DNA of 64,000 bases from Podarcis erhardii (Eukaryota): assembly GCA_964252035.1 (NCBI GenBank), contig OZ176204.1; one strand, 5' to 3'. Of the stretch, positions 11,428-24,345 are shown piece after piece. The notes below the pieces were generated by a model. It worked only from the letters and a program-made list of their open reading frames with translations, searched no databases and had not been told where the DNA came from. Both the position numbers and the translations under genes were made by a program. Within the stretch, counting starts at the first letter, position 1, and the number at the start of each line of letters is the position of its first letter.

Positions 11428-11753
11428 GCCTAGAGTCAAGTTCATTTATGTCGGGCACCTGAAGCAGGCATGTATATGAGCTTTTCTCATGTGTTTTATT
11501 TATGCCACTCTCCCTTCAGAATGCTCAGAGCAGCTTTGATGGAACTAGGATGGCCTATTGAAAAAAAGAGGACCGGGCTCCGGCACAGCCATTAGACAGA
11601 GTGAGGCAGCTGCCACAGGCAGCAGATGCTGAAGAGAGGAGAATGATGACAAGGCGTTGAAGGAGACAGCTGTGCCTGCCTGACACTCCCTAAGCTAGCC
11701 TGCTGCCCTCAAGCGCAGTGGAGGATACTGCCTTATCGTGAGAGGTGAAATAA

Positions 11754-11865
11754 GGGGGAAAGCTGTAGTTCTGCGGTGGAACATTTGATCTGCATGCAGA
11801 AGGTCCCAGGTTCAATCGCTGACATCTCCCAGTAGGACCAGGAAAGAGCCCTATCTGAAACTCTG
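11754..11865 (+). mobile_element. tRNA(Ala-like)-derived SINE, 5' part
   Basis: CTGCATGCAGAAGGTCCCAGGTTCAATC (B box); the same family occurs at 41730-41886 and 49212-49440. Confidence 0.7.
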
Positions 11866-12144
11866 TTTCAGGTTCTGTACATGGAATGAAGTGGGTGCCA
11901 TCTTAAGCCAGCAGGTGTAACTCTGTTCTTTCTTTTCTTTACAACCCCATAATCTCCTTTTGAAATACACTTATAGTTGTCAGAAGAATCTTAGAAAAGG
12001 GGAGAAGGGTCCCATTGGTCAAAAAAAAGGTAAAAAGCCTAATGCCACGCCCAGAATTGAGATACACAGTATATATGCTAAGAAGAGTTTCTCTAAATTG
12101 AAGTAATGAATGATCCACCAACTAGATGCACTGTCCAGTATACT

Positions 12145-12240
12145 TTAGACTGCAATCCTTTACCCACTTATCTAAGAATAAGCCTCAGTGAAGTGAGTGG
12201 GGCTTGCTTCTGAGGAGGTATGCGTAGGATTCTGTTGTTA
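12145..12240. mobile_element. ~90-bp palindromic MITE (CCCA-TTGA-N-TCAA-TGGG core family)
   Basis: GACTGCAATCCT...AGGATT ends; related copies at 12535-12630, 23990-24080, 30415-30500, 53480-53572 and 54660-54730. The superfamily (possibly PIF/Harbinger) is an inference. Confidence 0.55.
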
Positions 12241-12534
12241 ATCACATTGATTTCAGCCGCAATGAAACCTACTTAGGATGCAGTCCTGGTCACTGGCAGG
12301 GTGCTGGCTACTTAATGAACATTTGTTCTTATTTGTTTGTGGGAAGGTTAAATTATATTGGATCATCAAAGCAAGTGCTATCCCATGCTTTGCAGTGTAT
12401 GTTTCTGACACTTTCCTTTCTTGTGAAAAGGCCTGTCTTTTGGGGGAGTGGGTATCTTGCACATATCTCCAAATCAACTTTAATTGTTGAATCTGAATTT
12501 GCCAGTATGTGATTGAATTGTGCCCCAAAATCAT

Positions 12535-12630
12535 GACAGCCAGGAAGTGGCCAATTTCTACTCAGAAGTAAGTCCTTTTGAATTCATTGGGGCTTACTCC
12601 CAGGTAAATGGGGCTAGGATAGAAACCCCA
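12535..12630. mobile_element. ~90-bp palindromic MITE, same family as 12145-12240
   Basis: CTACTCAGAAGTAAGTCC...GAATTCATTGGGGCTTACTCCCAGGTAA. Confidence 0.6.
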
Positions 12631-13179
12631 ACTGAGAACTAGATGCTGATTAAGGAATGCATTTTCTGATGGACTTCTCTAGGCCTAACACAGTAATCTG
12701 AATTAACTAATATTCTCTGCTTTTTGAATGAGACTAACAAAACAGCTAGAAAAGTGAAGAAGTGCTGGAGGTATTTGTCCTGAGCAAGATTTCCTGAGCA
12801 AAGATTGGAACAAGTAGCATAAGCTCTTACACAAGTCACACAGTATTATCACCACAAGAGGGTGCCTTATGAGTAGTATAGCTATTATAGCTAATATTCT
12901 TCTACATTAAAATTACAGATTAAAAACAGCTACCCAATTTATAATAGTAATAGTGGGGTGTTTTTTTTAAAAAAAATATCTTATTATAGGAAAGTGAAAT
13001 AAACAGAGATCTCATCCCTACTGGAGTCTCTTGTCCCTGCTTTCAACAGAAGTGCACTAGAAAAAGAGACGAAGCTTCAAAAGAAACCTGTGGACAGGTG
13101 AATAGCAAAAATTGCATTTCTGTGTTTGTTTGTTTCATAAAATTCATATACCACTTGATTGTAGGAAAAACCTTAAAGT

Positions 13180-13390
13180 GGTTAACAAAAAGATAAAGAA
13201 ATAAAATTATCACTAATAGATTTACAACCACAATTTAGAACATACAGAAAGTTAAAACCACAATAGAATAGCAAATTAAAACTCATACAAACTTTCTAAA
13301 CCTCTGGGAAGGCTTGTCTACATAAGAATGTCTTCAGCAGTTGCTGAATTCTAACTCAAGCGCAGAGGTGTAGGCCCATCACTAAAGAGG
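13180..13390 (-). mobile_element. L2 LINE 3' tail fragment
   Basis: A-rich reverse tail followed by GGGAAGGCTTGTCTACATAAGAATGTCTTCAGCAG, the reverse complement of the L2 FRRxLKTFLF region. Confidence 0.5.
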
Positions 13391-13504
13391 AAACAATCAC
13401 ATTGTTGGTACATGAATTGATGTCCACTTGTCTTGATCAGCTGTACATTATTCTTATCACTATGCCAACATATTGTTATCCTTACGCACAACCTTTCACA
13501 ATGA

Positions 13505-13525
13505 TATATATATACATATACATAC

Positions 13526-13562
<37 letters not shown>
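13505..13562. repeat. (TA)n/(TACA)n microsatellite
   Basis: Read directly; abuts the tail of the SINE at 13562. Confidence 0.95.
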
Positions 13563-13809
13563 TGAAGAAGAGTTTGGATTTGATATCCCGCTTTATCACT
13601 ACCCGAAGGAGTCTCAAAGCGGCTAACAATCTCCTTTCCCTTCCTCCCCCACAACAAGCACTCTGTGAGGTGAGTGAGGCTGAGAGACTTCAGAGAAGTG
13701 TGACTAGCCCAAGGTTACCCAGCAGCTGCATGTGGAGGAGCGGAGACACGAACCCTGTTCACCAGATTACGAGTCCATCCCTCTTAACCACTACACCAAA
13801 CTGGCTCTC
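13562..13809 (-). mobile_element. MIR/Ther1-derived SINE (Squam3-like), near full length
   Basis: Reverse-strand tRNA head (ACCACTACACCAAACTGGCTC), MIR-like core (CACAACAAGCACTCTGTGAGGT) and (CTT)n tail. About 90% identical by eye to 29702-29886. Confidence 0.85.
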
Positions 13810-14040
13810 TATAATGACAGTTTAAGTCCCATCAGTATTGTGGAAGATCCAGCTCTTTAGGACATATTAGTATTGATTTCAACTGGTCCATGTCAGACCC
13901 CATTGCCTCTGAGTCCTACAGCTTGAGTGAAAGTTGTATGGAAGGCAGACGTTCTCCAAGCTGAGCTTTGGTTTCAGACTGAAAGTAAAATAGATCCCTA
14001 AGATTATGGGTGGCAAGCCACTGTATATTTGCACTAGCAT

Positions 14041-14265
14041 AAGGTCTAGCATTGGCGCAAGGGGTTTTTATCTCTCCTCACCCCCCAAGCACACCCTGTG
14101 CCATCCCTGAACCTGCCCTGGAGGGTTAGGGGGAAACTCCAGAACAGATTTAGAGAATGCAGAGGGGGAACAAAGGAAGAGATCATTTTGTTGCACAAGG
14201 AGAAATCATTGCGCAGACTGGTTTTCCTAACACTCCACTGAATACAAGCCTTAGGGGAAAAGGAC
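14041..14265. mobile_element. Probable MITE; relatives at ~6600-6750 and 38945-39470
   Basis: Shares GGGGAAAC(T)CCAG(A/G)ACAGATTTAG and flanking purine/pyrimidine blocks with 39000-39060. Confidence 0.45.
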
Positions 14266-15643
14266 TCAAATATGCTACTTGGAAGATGAGCTAGTGTGTT
14301 GCCGCTGTTTGCATGGTAGCATGTTCTTCAAGTTTCAGTTCCACCAATCAGCATTTGCCCTGACTGATTAATATGATATAAAGCAAGAATCAGCCACCCC
14401 AAGAGTTACTTATATCTAGTCCAAGGGCTGGCAGCCTCCTTCTTCTTAGTCTCAGGGTTGCCATTGTAGATCTCAGTAGGGAGGAAGGCGGCAGCAAAAC
14501 CAGAAGGAGTTGGCTCTGCTGTGACTCTGCCACCTGTTAACCTCTGTGCTTCCTGCCCTATCAGTCCCCCCCCCTCCCTCCAGTTCTCTCAGCCTTGATT
14601 TTAAAACAAGAATAGAAAAAACCAATCTGGTTATTGAAAGAGCCCAGTTTCTTACCTTTTGCATTTTAAGTTGGTAGCAGAAGACCTTTTTTTGGACAAG
14701 GCAAGAGAGTTCATCCATCATAAGCTGACTGGGATGCCAAACCCAAAAATAGTCAGGGTTCTTCCTCCCTCCCCTTTGAGGTGTTAATGTAAGTGACTCC
14801 ATAGGATTGCAGTCTGTCATCCAGCTTGGCTTGTGCCAACGCCTAGCTTGGGATTGTTTCTTGCTGGTTCAGGTCTCACTGTGTGTCCAGGCATGAACAG
14901 GTCCAGTACCATATCAGGTGACTGGCTGTGGGCACATCCTCCATGCAGCAAATAATTTCAAATGGAAAGAGACAGAAGAAGGTGAAGAGCCAGGGAAACA
15001 GAAAGGCTAAGGACACAGACTATAAACAAGAAGGACAGAACAATTGCACACCAGGCTGCCCCCCCCCCAAAGGCAGCATATTGCTGGCTTGTTGCATATA
15101 GGTAAATAACCTAAGAAGTGGAGGCTCTCAGCCAACAAGGCTACTGGTTTATTGTGCCTTATGGTTCAGATCCATGAGGAGCAGCGACTGCTTCCAAACA
15201 GTTCTGCAAGCCCAGTTTGAGGTCCAGTGCTCTTGACAGGTGAATCCTTTTCAAACCACCCCACCCACTTTTCTTTTCTTTTCTTTTCTTCCTCCCCCCA
15301 GGATGTAATGCAGGTAATATAGATGCACTCCTTTAAGGTATAGTGAAGATTCAGCAATAACAAGAGTATTGCATTATAAAATAGATGAAAAGGGGTTTGT
15401 GTTCGGTTACAATGCAAACAGTTGTACATCTGTATGAAATTCCTTTGTGTCAGGTGTCGGGTTATCTAGTTAAAAAGCCATCCCTCTCGCCATCATGCCA
15501 GCTTTTCACATGAGCTTTAAAGAGCTATTTCTACCATGCAAATTAATCATACTTAAATTAAAATAAAGTGTGAACACATACAGGTAAATGTGCAAATTTG
15601 CTATTTTCACCCATCTCTTCCAGGGCTCTTCCATTTGGCTCAG

Positions 15644-15667
15644 GTGTGTGTGTGTGTGTGTGTGTGT
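15644..15667. repeat. (GT)n microsatellite
   Basis: Read directly. Confidence 0.95.
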
Positions 15668-18600
15668 CATGTATATATCTGTCAGATGAGCTGAATCGGG
15701 CTTGCTCTTTACTGCCAAGAAAGAATTAAGTACAAAATCTTCTGTAGGAAGCAATTGTGAAGTGTGGAAGTTTCTAGTCAGGCAAATAAATTGGATTTAA
15801 GTATATTACAGTCATAATCTTTTTCTGCCTCTCTCCAGACAGCCTTTGTACATGGAGAAATGAGAATGTATTCGCAGACAAATCTTGACCTGAGGGAGAA
15901 GGCTGAGGGAATCTGGATTTTCAATAACATAAGACAATAAAGCTCAGACTTCTAACCTGCTGCAATATGGTAAAAGTATAAAGAGCTTAGCAACTAATAA
16001 AAGGAAAGGGTCTTCCAACTCATATTTGAAGATCTAGACCCCAAAAGGACACTCCATAAAGATCATAATGGGTTAGTCAGTATCTAACAGATATGATGTA
16101 CCTTGTTGACCAATTGTCTGACAGTTGTCTTTTGTAGGGTCTGGATATTAATAAGTCTCGGGTTGATTTCCTTTGGGTATTAGGCCTCATAATTGTACAT
16201 CTACTTGTTGTGACACTGCAGCTTGCTATATATTTATTTAATGTGATTCCTGTAGGGATTCAAGAAGAAGAAGAAGGAAGGAAGACAGAAATGGAGGAAT
16301 GCTGTTGCGTTTCTGTGATCATATGCACACATTGCAAATTTTATCTCCCTCTGAGGTATTGTGAATCAAAGTGATTATAGTGTAAGGGAGAGGACATGAT
16401 CTTGGGGGCAAAGAGGAAATCCAGATGTTTTCCCCTAAGGTCAGAAACCATCTTCCTCCCTTTCTGTTACATGGTGACTATAAAGAGATTCAATTATCAC
16501 TACATTTCCTTTACTTTTTTTTATTAATAAAGCTTGCTCTAGAAGGCATACAGTAGCTAAATAATATTTTGACAGTTAATGCTAGTGTAAAGCAAGTGTC
16601 GCTCACACAGTAAGATCAAGGGAAAACAGATGCATAAGAGATCACCTGCTGGTTTATTCAGTGGAAATGAAGCCTGTTTAAAAAACGGCTCTTCCTGACA
16701 AAATAAAGAGCCACTCTCTCCAGCTTGATCTCTGTGTTGATATACAGGCCCTTTATATAAGGCAAATATTTAAAGATTACATACGCATGCATAAAACTGC
16801 AGCTCTCCTTTGTAATCTGAGACAAGAGTCGCACTTTTATGTATGCATTATGCATACAGAATCTTATCAGCAGGACCGATATACCACACCTTTGAAAAGT
16901 TTTGATGCGCTAGAGCTAGGGATAGATAGACCTGTCAATTTCAATTCTCCTTGTTTCCCATTTTTCTAGTTAAAAACTTAGCTCTCCACATTTTCACATC
17001 AGTTTGTGTGTCATTTTTGAAAGAAAGAAAAAAATCCCCATGGAAATTCACCAGCATTTTAAAGGTGCATTTTTACAAATAAACTTGTATGCAATTTTGC
17101 CTAATATACATGTTTTTGCAAAGCAATTTCTTCTCACAGAATGCTTTTTTGTATGGTTTTTTTATACCCATGTATATGCATTTTCAACACATTACTTAGC
17201 TGAGAACTGAATTGCAAAATTTGGAGAAGTGCAATTTTGCAAGGGTAGCTGGGTTTCAGTTATAATGTTGTTCAGTTCTTTGTTTTTTTCCAGAAAGTGA
17301 AAATTTAAATGCAGTTTCTCCCCCTTCCCTATATAGGACTCACACCAGAAGACACACACCCAAACTACTCTCCACCCCCTTGCCCCTCTCCTCACACCAG
17401 CCAGGCTGATCTGTCCAAATCAATCTGATGAACAGGGAGGGAGAGATTTGCAAGCACAGAAGGGGACTGGGTTCCAACCACCCCAGAAATTATGCTTAAA
17501 CTTTTTTTCCCTGTTTAAATAACTTGGACTTGAGGGGTGTGAGAGAAAAAATGCTTAGGAGTCAGATGAGATGATTAGCCACAACCACAACAGACCAAAA
17601 AAGAACTCCCAATGTCCAAAAAAAACATAGAATATGTGTACCATGGATAAACATAATCATTAGATATGTGTAGGTCACAGGCTGTCACACAGCATAGCAT
17701 CAGAGCCTTGTAGTATTTGGTAGAGGGGTGTCAAAAAATTATTTTGTAGCACTGGAGAGGAAGACCAGTGAAAAAAGACCAGAGCTGCCCATCATCTTAA
17801 TTAGCTCTGAGAGAGCCTATACCTTTATGCAAATTTGTGTAATGGTCCTGTGTTTGAAATCCTTCAAGTGCCTGTGCCTATACTCCAGCTTCTCAAAACT
17901 TTTCTTCTCATGGAAAACATGCTTCCATTTTTCAGTCTCAATCCCTGGGCACTTTAAAATTTCTTTAGAATTTTGATGGGTGCAGGTTTGAGGTTGTGGT
18001 CTGTGTGTTTCCCACTCCATTAAAGCTTTCTCCAGCACTCTGCAGCCTCCCTGGCTGCCTACACCTACTGATCTAAAAAGCTCCATGGGAGAAGTTAACT
18101 TGTGGTGCCTTCCCCTAAGAACAGGAAGCTGGGGGGGAGGCTGACTACTGAGCGTCTGAGTTCGCTGCACTCATTGGGCACAGTATAAGTAGCCTACCAA
18201 TCCTCCCATGCTGCTAATAAAGCCCAGCTGAGGTTGTCATGGGGTTTTCAGGAACTGCAGGCACCCAGGAAGGCTGTAGGGTACTGCCCATTGGAGACCT
18301 TATTTGTAGAAGAAAGGACATTCACAAACACAACTTGGTCACCTTAAAATTAAGCTAAAGGCTGAAAAAAAAAGCCACCAAACCCCAAAAACCCTCACAC
18401 TCATGAGAATTTATACAAGATTTCAACTAGATAATTTTCACATGCAATTACTTGCTGAATTAATTGCTGGGGAATAGTTGAGGGGGGAGGGACACAGAAT
18501 GAATTTTTGGCACAGCACTTCCAGCAACACCCCTGCTCCCAAGTGAGTGAGTGTAGGATTGCAGCACTGAAGAAATAAATCTCCGTGAATTTAATGGGAT

Positions 18601-19435
18601 TTACTGCTGAGTGGACATGCATAGGAGGAGTGCACTGCTAATGTAGTGGGTATTGCTCAAAATTACTGAAGTCTTTAGGTGATTTTAAAAACTAGATTAA
18701 AATGGAGAATTTTATCCAGGGCTCCAGAGGATGGAGGAGAAGGTGAAGCGCTGGGGGGGTGGGGAGGAGAGAGATAATGAAGCCGAGATGTGGAGTGCAG
18801 AGGTGAAATCAGAAGTTGGGTCTGTCATTACTCATGTTTATAGTGGTGATTATGGGAAGGTTTATTACTTAATTAATCTCCTCAATTGTTTTTCTAGCGA
18901 GGAAGAAACACTGACGGTCTGAAGATTTGCTAGCTTTTTCTGTTGACGATCTTTTGTTGATGATCTTTGAAGAAACAGGACTACATAAGTAATTGTCAGA
19001 CTAAAAGTTCTTTCTTTTTATTCCTGAAAGTGTTTGGACATACATTGTGAACAGATGAAAAATCCGTATGTATAATTCCTGGGTTTGTGTATTAGGTTTC
19101 TTGGCTATCACGCTAGCACTTCTTTCCTGGTTTCGAACATTTCTTTTACACTGCATTACCTGTTGCATTACCTCTGGCTTTTTGATCAATATACTGCCAT
19201 GTCATGCTAAATTTCATTTACACTCGTGGGTGTGCAAATGGCAATAAACAGATGATTTATATGGTTATAAGATTGAACACATCAATATTTGCTATTTCTC
19301 TCTGTTCCAACACCCTACTTCCAAAATACATGCAATGTATTATTTAAGCTGTCCCATAGGTATTAATGTGTACAACATCATGACACAGATGTAAATATTG
19401 TTGCACCAGCTCCCATATATTTCAAAGGGGACTAC

Positions 19436-19463
19436 CACACACACACACACACACACACACACA
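19436..19463. repeat. (CA)n microsatellite
   Basis: Read directly. Confidence 0.95.
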
Positions 19464-21000
19464 AGCCATTGATGAGCTGTGTGTATATTATTTTGTTCTT
19501 GGGTATCCTTACCTGAGTTCAAAATCTGTGAGGAAGTACCCACAATGGCAAAGACGCACAGTAGTGCAGTGAGCCCATGGCAAGTCTTGAATGGGTGAAT
19601 TAAGGAGTCTCCAGTGAGGCTTCAACTCATGTGCCAGAATCCTACAGCTGTGGTGGGCAAAGGAATGAACTTGAGTGATACCATTCAATTAAGCCTCCTT
19701 GTACCAATAAGTCAGGCCTGAGCAGAGCAGATGATATACCATTGAGTCTTATAAAATACTTCTGGATCAGACTGGCTTGCTGGTCAGCATGAGCAACTGG
19801 GAGACTCGGTGTTACTGAGAGCTTCCTCTCCCTCTTACCTGCCTCTCTGTTTTCCTGCCCTCTCTCACCTTGCCCTTAAAACCGCACAGGAGGAGCTAGA
19901 CCCAACATGCAAAGGCAGAAGCCAGAGAAATAAGTACCACTGTGATAGCGGGAGCAGGGTGGGAAAAGATCGGGTGGGGGAATGGACTGTCTTTGGAGTT
20001 TGGTCAAGAACCAAGCTATTGTACACACAAAGCTGGTTCCAAAATTTGTGTGTACGGCACATGCCCAGTGAATCATATCACTTCTCAGGTGTGCTATATC
20101 CATAACATTTCCCTGCCCCCAAACATCAGTAAAATATTCTACCTTCCCAAAATATGAAGCATAGACCTTCCTGTTAACAGCTTAGACTAGTTCCCCCTGG
20201 GATCCCCCAACCCCCAAATGCTTTGTTTCCTGACTTATTCCAATCTAGTCTATAAGGTCAATCACTATAGAGTAGAAAAGGAATGCATTGCCATTTGGCA
20301 GCCTCCTTTACTGTGAGCTGTAACTTCGGACACTTTTCTTGGGATAATGGCCAATAGGCTTAGCTGGTCATAATTTCTCCACAACCAAGTCTTCAGATTC
20401 AGGATTGCAGCTGTTTTGTGAGTGAGAACGTTCAAAAATATAAAGATGTTTAAACATAGCACACAAAATAAAAACATTATTATAGCCTCATGTCCTTCAC
20501 CTTTCCTATATTTGCTTTCTAAAAAGAACTGGTGGTGAGAACCTACTGCAGAGAGACTTGAATTGCCCAGTGATTGATAATAATGGACTGCTGCTAGAAT
20601 GTAAAACTGTCTAATGTGATCTTAACATTTTCCAAACAAATGGGCAGTTGCTTCCACCGTCCCACTGTCGAAGGTCAATGATCCATATCATATGCACGTT
20701 TAAAGAAGTACTTCCTTTGCACACTCAGTGGACAATGTTAACTGCTAGACAACACGTAAACATGCAGAACCAATTGCATTAGTAACTTTGAGACAACCTG
20801 CCCCCTTCTGCAGAGAGGCTTCCCCCCACCCTTCCTCCTGGCAAATTTTAAATTGGCAGAATGTCCTTTCTCTCTCTCAGTGCCTCATCTTCCCTTGCCA
20901 TCTCTAGTCAAGTCTTTGTGTTCAGTCTTTCTGGTACATAAATGGCCTGGCCAAGAAATGTAATTTGGATGCAGGAATGGGATTTCTCCCATCAGATTTC

Positions 21001-21142
21001 ATAGAATCATAGAACTGTAGAGTTGGAAATGATTATGAGGATCATCTATTCCGGCCCCCTGTGATGCAGGAATCATCAACTAAATAACACATGGCAGAGG
21101 TCAACCAACCTCTGCTTAAAAACTTCCAAGGAAGGAGAGTCC
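21001..21142 (-). mobile_element. CR1 LINE 3' end
   Basis: Begins ATAGAATCATAGAACTGTAGAGTTGGAA, the reverse complement of the CR1 (ATTCTATG)n terminus. Confidence 0.75.
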
Positions 21143-23989
21143 ATGTTCATGTTCCTTAGCTTACCCTTGGGAAAAAAGATGGCTGACAAGCTGCCTGGAC
21201 TTTTGCCCATCTCCTCCCACAATCACAGGTGAGTGTCAGGTACCTTGCAGAGGGTGCTCTGAGTTGCTGAGAGAAATAGCCCCAACAGGATTGTTCAGAA
21301 AATTTGGCCTGGTAACACACTGTGGGTACCCTGCACCCTGCATGTGTGGCCCTCACAGGCCTTCCATGTGCTCAATGCAACCACCTGCTACCACCTCTCA
21401 CCCTGTGAGAGAGGATGAATGTGTGTGAGAGAGAGGAAGGTGGAATGTGTGGGCATGTCCCAAGGCCACACCCACCAGCAGCCTTGGCCACACCCACTGG
21501 CCTGCAGCCCACCCCTACACTGTCGCAGGTAGTGCTTAAGATCAAAAAGGTTCCCCACTCCTGAATAATTGACCATGCCCTAGGATGCTGTGCAAAGAAA
21601 GCACTGTAAGTCCCCGGGAAACAGATCAATGTGCGAAAGGTTTCCTGAAGGTAAGAAGAGGGAAGCTGCTAAGTAGCATCTTTTGCGCAAGTTGGTTTGT
21701 TACGTGCTCTCTTATACATGGGTGCTGCATTGTGTGGACCAGCTTCCTGATGCTCCTGTATTTCTCAAGAGCAGGATGATTGCCACTGCTTTTCCAGCTC
21801 ATTTTAATGTCCTTTTTAATATTGTATCATGATTACTACTTTGTTCCCTTCTTCCAGCTAGCTTTTTCTTTCAAAATTCAGACACTTGGCTACTCCACAA
21901 AGATCCTCTAAGGCTGTAAGTAAAGAGGGGAAGATTCTCTAGTAATTGGAGGGGGGGAATGTGAAATCCCAGGTGATTTAAAAACATAACCATTTCTAAT
22001 TGCGTTCAAAGACGAGAAAGTGCAGAGGAGTTCTCAATATGCATGCGTTATTTACAAGGGCTCTACAAACACCAACCCAGGGAAAAAAAATATGCAGTGC
22101 GCTTATTATTGGAAAGAGGATTCTGAACAATACACGGACTGAAATAAATGTTTTGTGTAATGAAGTGTGCCTAGAAAGGGGGGGAAAGTAAGTACATTAC
22201 CGCTTCATTGGTAGCGCTGACGGAGGTGTGGGGGTAGGGTGGGGAGTTGGATTTTTTTGGTAATTATTTAAATGGACTGCAAGCAAAGATAATGAATGCA
22301 TGGTATTTTACAACATATTGATACTTTAGTAATTAACAGAGCAAAAATCAATACAAAAGTGTGCCAACATAATTAAGAATATGCCAAAGTCACTCTGCCG
22401 CTGCATTTACATTTCCGTCCCTGGTTGCAAGCCCTAGGAATGGTAACTTGCCATTTTCTGTTTGCGCTTATGAAATGTCTCTATGTAACAACAAAATATA
22501 AACTACACAGGTGCCTTTAGTCACATAAATGTTGTAGATCTTTAACGATAAACACAAAAGACCCTGGAAGACTTTTGTGATTTCTGGGGGGAATACATTA
22601 AACCCGTAGTGGAGCTTCCCTTGTGGATTGTACTTCTGTTCCAGTCTCAGTTTACTGCTGCTTTCAGTCATCATGTGATAGACAGGCTGCCATTTCATTC
22701 TCTTGAAATGAAGGTGGAAACATCAGTAAAGAGCAACCTTAACGGTGGTGGAATACGCCAGGGAAGGCTTTTCTGAATGGTTCAGGAACCTATTCCAAAT
22801 TTTAAACAGACTTGGGGTTGTTGTAATTTTGGCTAAACAAAAAAAAAAGTGCCATTGCTTGAGATGTTACACATTAACCTTCAAGTATGAATGTAAAAAA
22901 GAAAAAGAAAGAATTTATTGCTACCTCTGGCAACTCTATTCCTAATGTTTACCAAATGGATTACAAGAAGACAGCTATACTCAATCTGGAGCTCATGTTT
23001 TCTTACTGTTTTGAATGGTGGGCACTCTGCAGATAGAAGATGCTGAATTGGTTGGTTTAGATCAGGGGCAGGAAAGCTCAGAACCAGAGGCTGGGTGCAA
23101 CTCTCCAGGACTCTCTCCTTGGCCGTCAGGGGTTAGGTCAGGCCCCTCAGGTCACAGGTTACTCTCCCTAGGTCACACTCTTTATTGCCACTGCCCCCCA
23201 TCTCTCCTCAAGTGCTTTAGCCATGCTAGAATGTGTCCTTGACACATTTGATAATGCCTCTTGCTTGCCTGTATGGCAGAAAGAAAATAAACTAGCCTAC
23301 TGTACAGAGGTAAAATCTTCCCACTTTTGCCTCAGACCCTGCCCACAATGGGAATGTGTCCCTCTGAAAGTTGCTCAGAAAGGGAATGTAGTTCCCCAAC
23401 CTTGAAAGAGAAAATTGTGCTCTAAAAGTCCTTCAGATAAAGTGCTGTCCTCTGTATAGTAGGACACTTGGCCACCTTGTCTGGTCTGCAGGCAGTATAG
23501 GAAAGATTTGCCCCTGTTGATGTTTTTTAAGACTGGCTATGCTCTCCCCCACAGGCATTTCTGACATCTCTGGAGTGAAGGGGAGCATGGAACTACTACA
23601 GTCTCCCTCATTACTATAATATCTCAGCACCTAGCAATTTCTATTACATTTCATGCTCAAAACAACCTTCTTAACTAGGGCTCCATTGCAGCAGAGAAGT
23701 ATTAATCCCACTTAATTATGAGTAGGGATATTGGGGTTTTATGAGATAAATTAAAGAGCGACTGTGGCCAAGCAAGGAAATGAAGCCATGTATCTTGCGT
23801 TCCACCCACCCACCCTTTTCATTCAAACAACCCATCCACATCCTGGTAGGATATTATAAAAATTCACTCATTCAGCCACACACAACACATTCTTAAATGG
23901 AAAGGATTTTATTTAAATAAAAACAGAGTCTAGAACAAAAACTTCTGGTTGCAGCTGGCTTTTTGCAAGATTATATGATTTTAAAGATT

Positions 23990-24080
23990 TAGGCTGCAAT
24001 TTCATACACATTCACTTAAATGGAAACACTATTGAACTCAGTGGGAATTACATCTCATTCAACATGCAGAGGATAAGCAG
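23990..24080. mobile_element. ~90-bp palindromic MITE
   Basis: GGCTGCAATTTCATACAC...CTATTGAACTCAGTGGG...ATGCAGAGGATAAGC. Confidence 0.5.
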
Positions 24081-24242
24081 GCATGGCCTTCTCATGAGCC
24101 ACACACACAGAGTCGCTTGGCTCAGGTGGATTGTGGCCCACCCAAATCTGCCACCTGCAGGGCTGGTTGCCCACCCAGCTGCCTACTATGACAGAATAGC
24201 CAATATGGTCTACTCTCAATAAATCTACAATGGCTCTCCATT

Positions 24243-24345
24243 AATGTCCACCAACTTGGATGGCTTCAGAAGTGCATTGGACAAATGCATGGAAGATAAG
24301 GCTATCAACAGCTACTAGCTACAATGGCTATGTTCTGCCTCCATG
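24243..24345 (+). mobile_element. CR1 LINE fragment
   Basis: CCACCAACTTGGATGGCTTCAGAAGTGCATTGGACAAATGCATGGAAGATAAGGCTATCAA; the same segment as 1300-1375 and 49957-49990. Confidence 0.75.

Noticed and set aside
15460-15469. 10-nt match to mature miR-9 (GGTTATCTAG); similar short matches to miR-7 (~6693) and miR-153 (~11006)
   Set aside because: The matches do not extend to the full mature sequence and have no pairing star arm. I recognised no conserved miRNA in the window.
22222-22250. G-rich tracts here, at 24665-24681 and at 59221-59235 as G-quadruplexes
   Set aside because: Only three runs of three or more G each.
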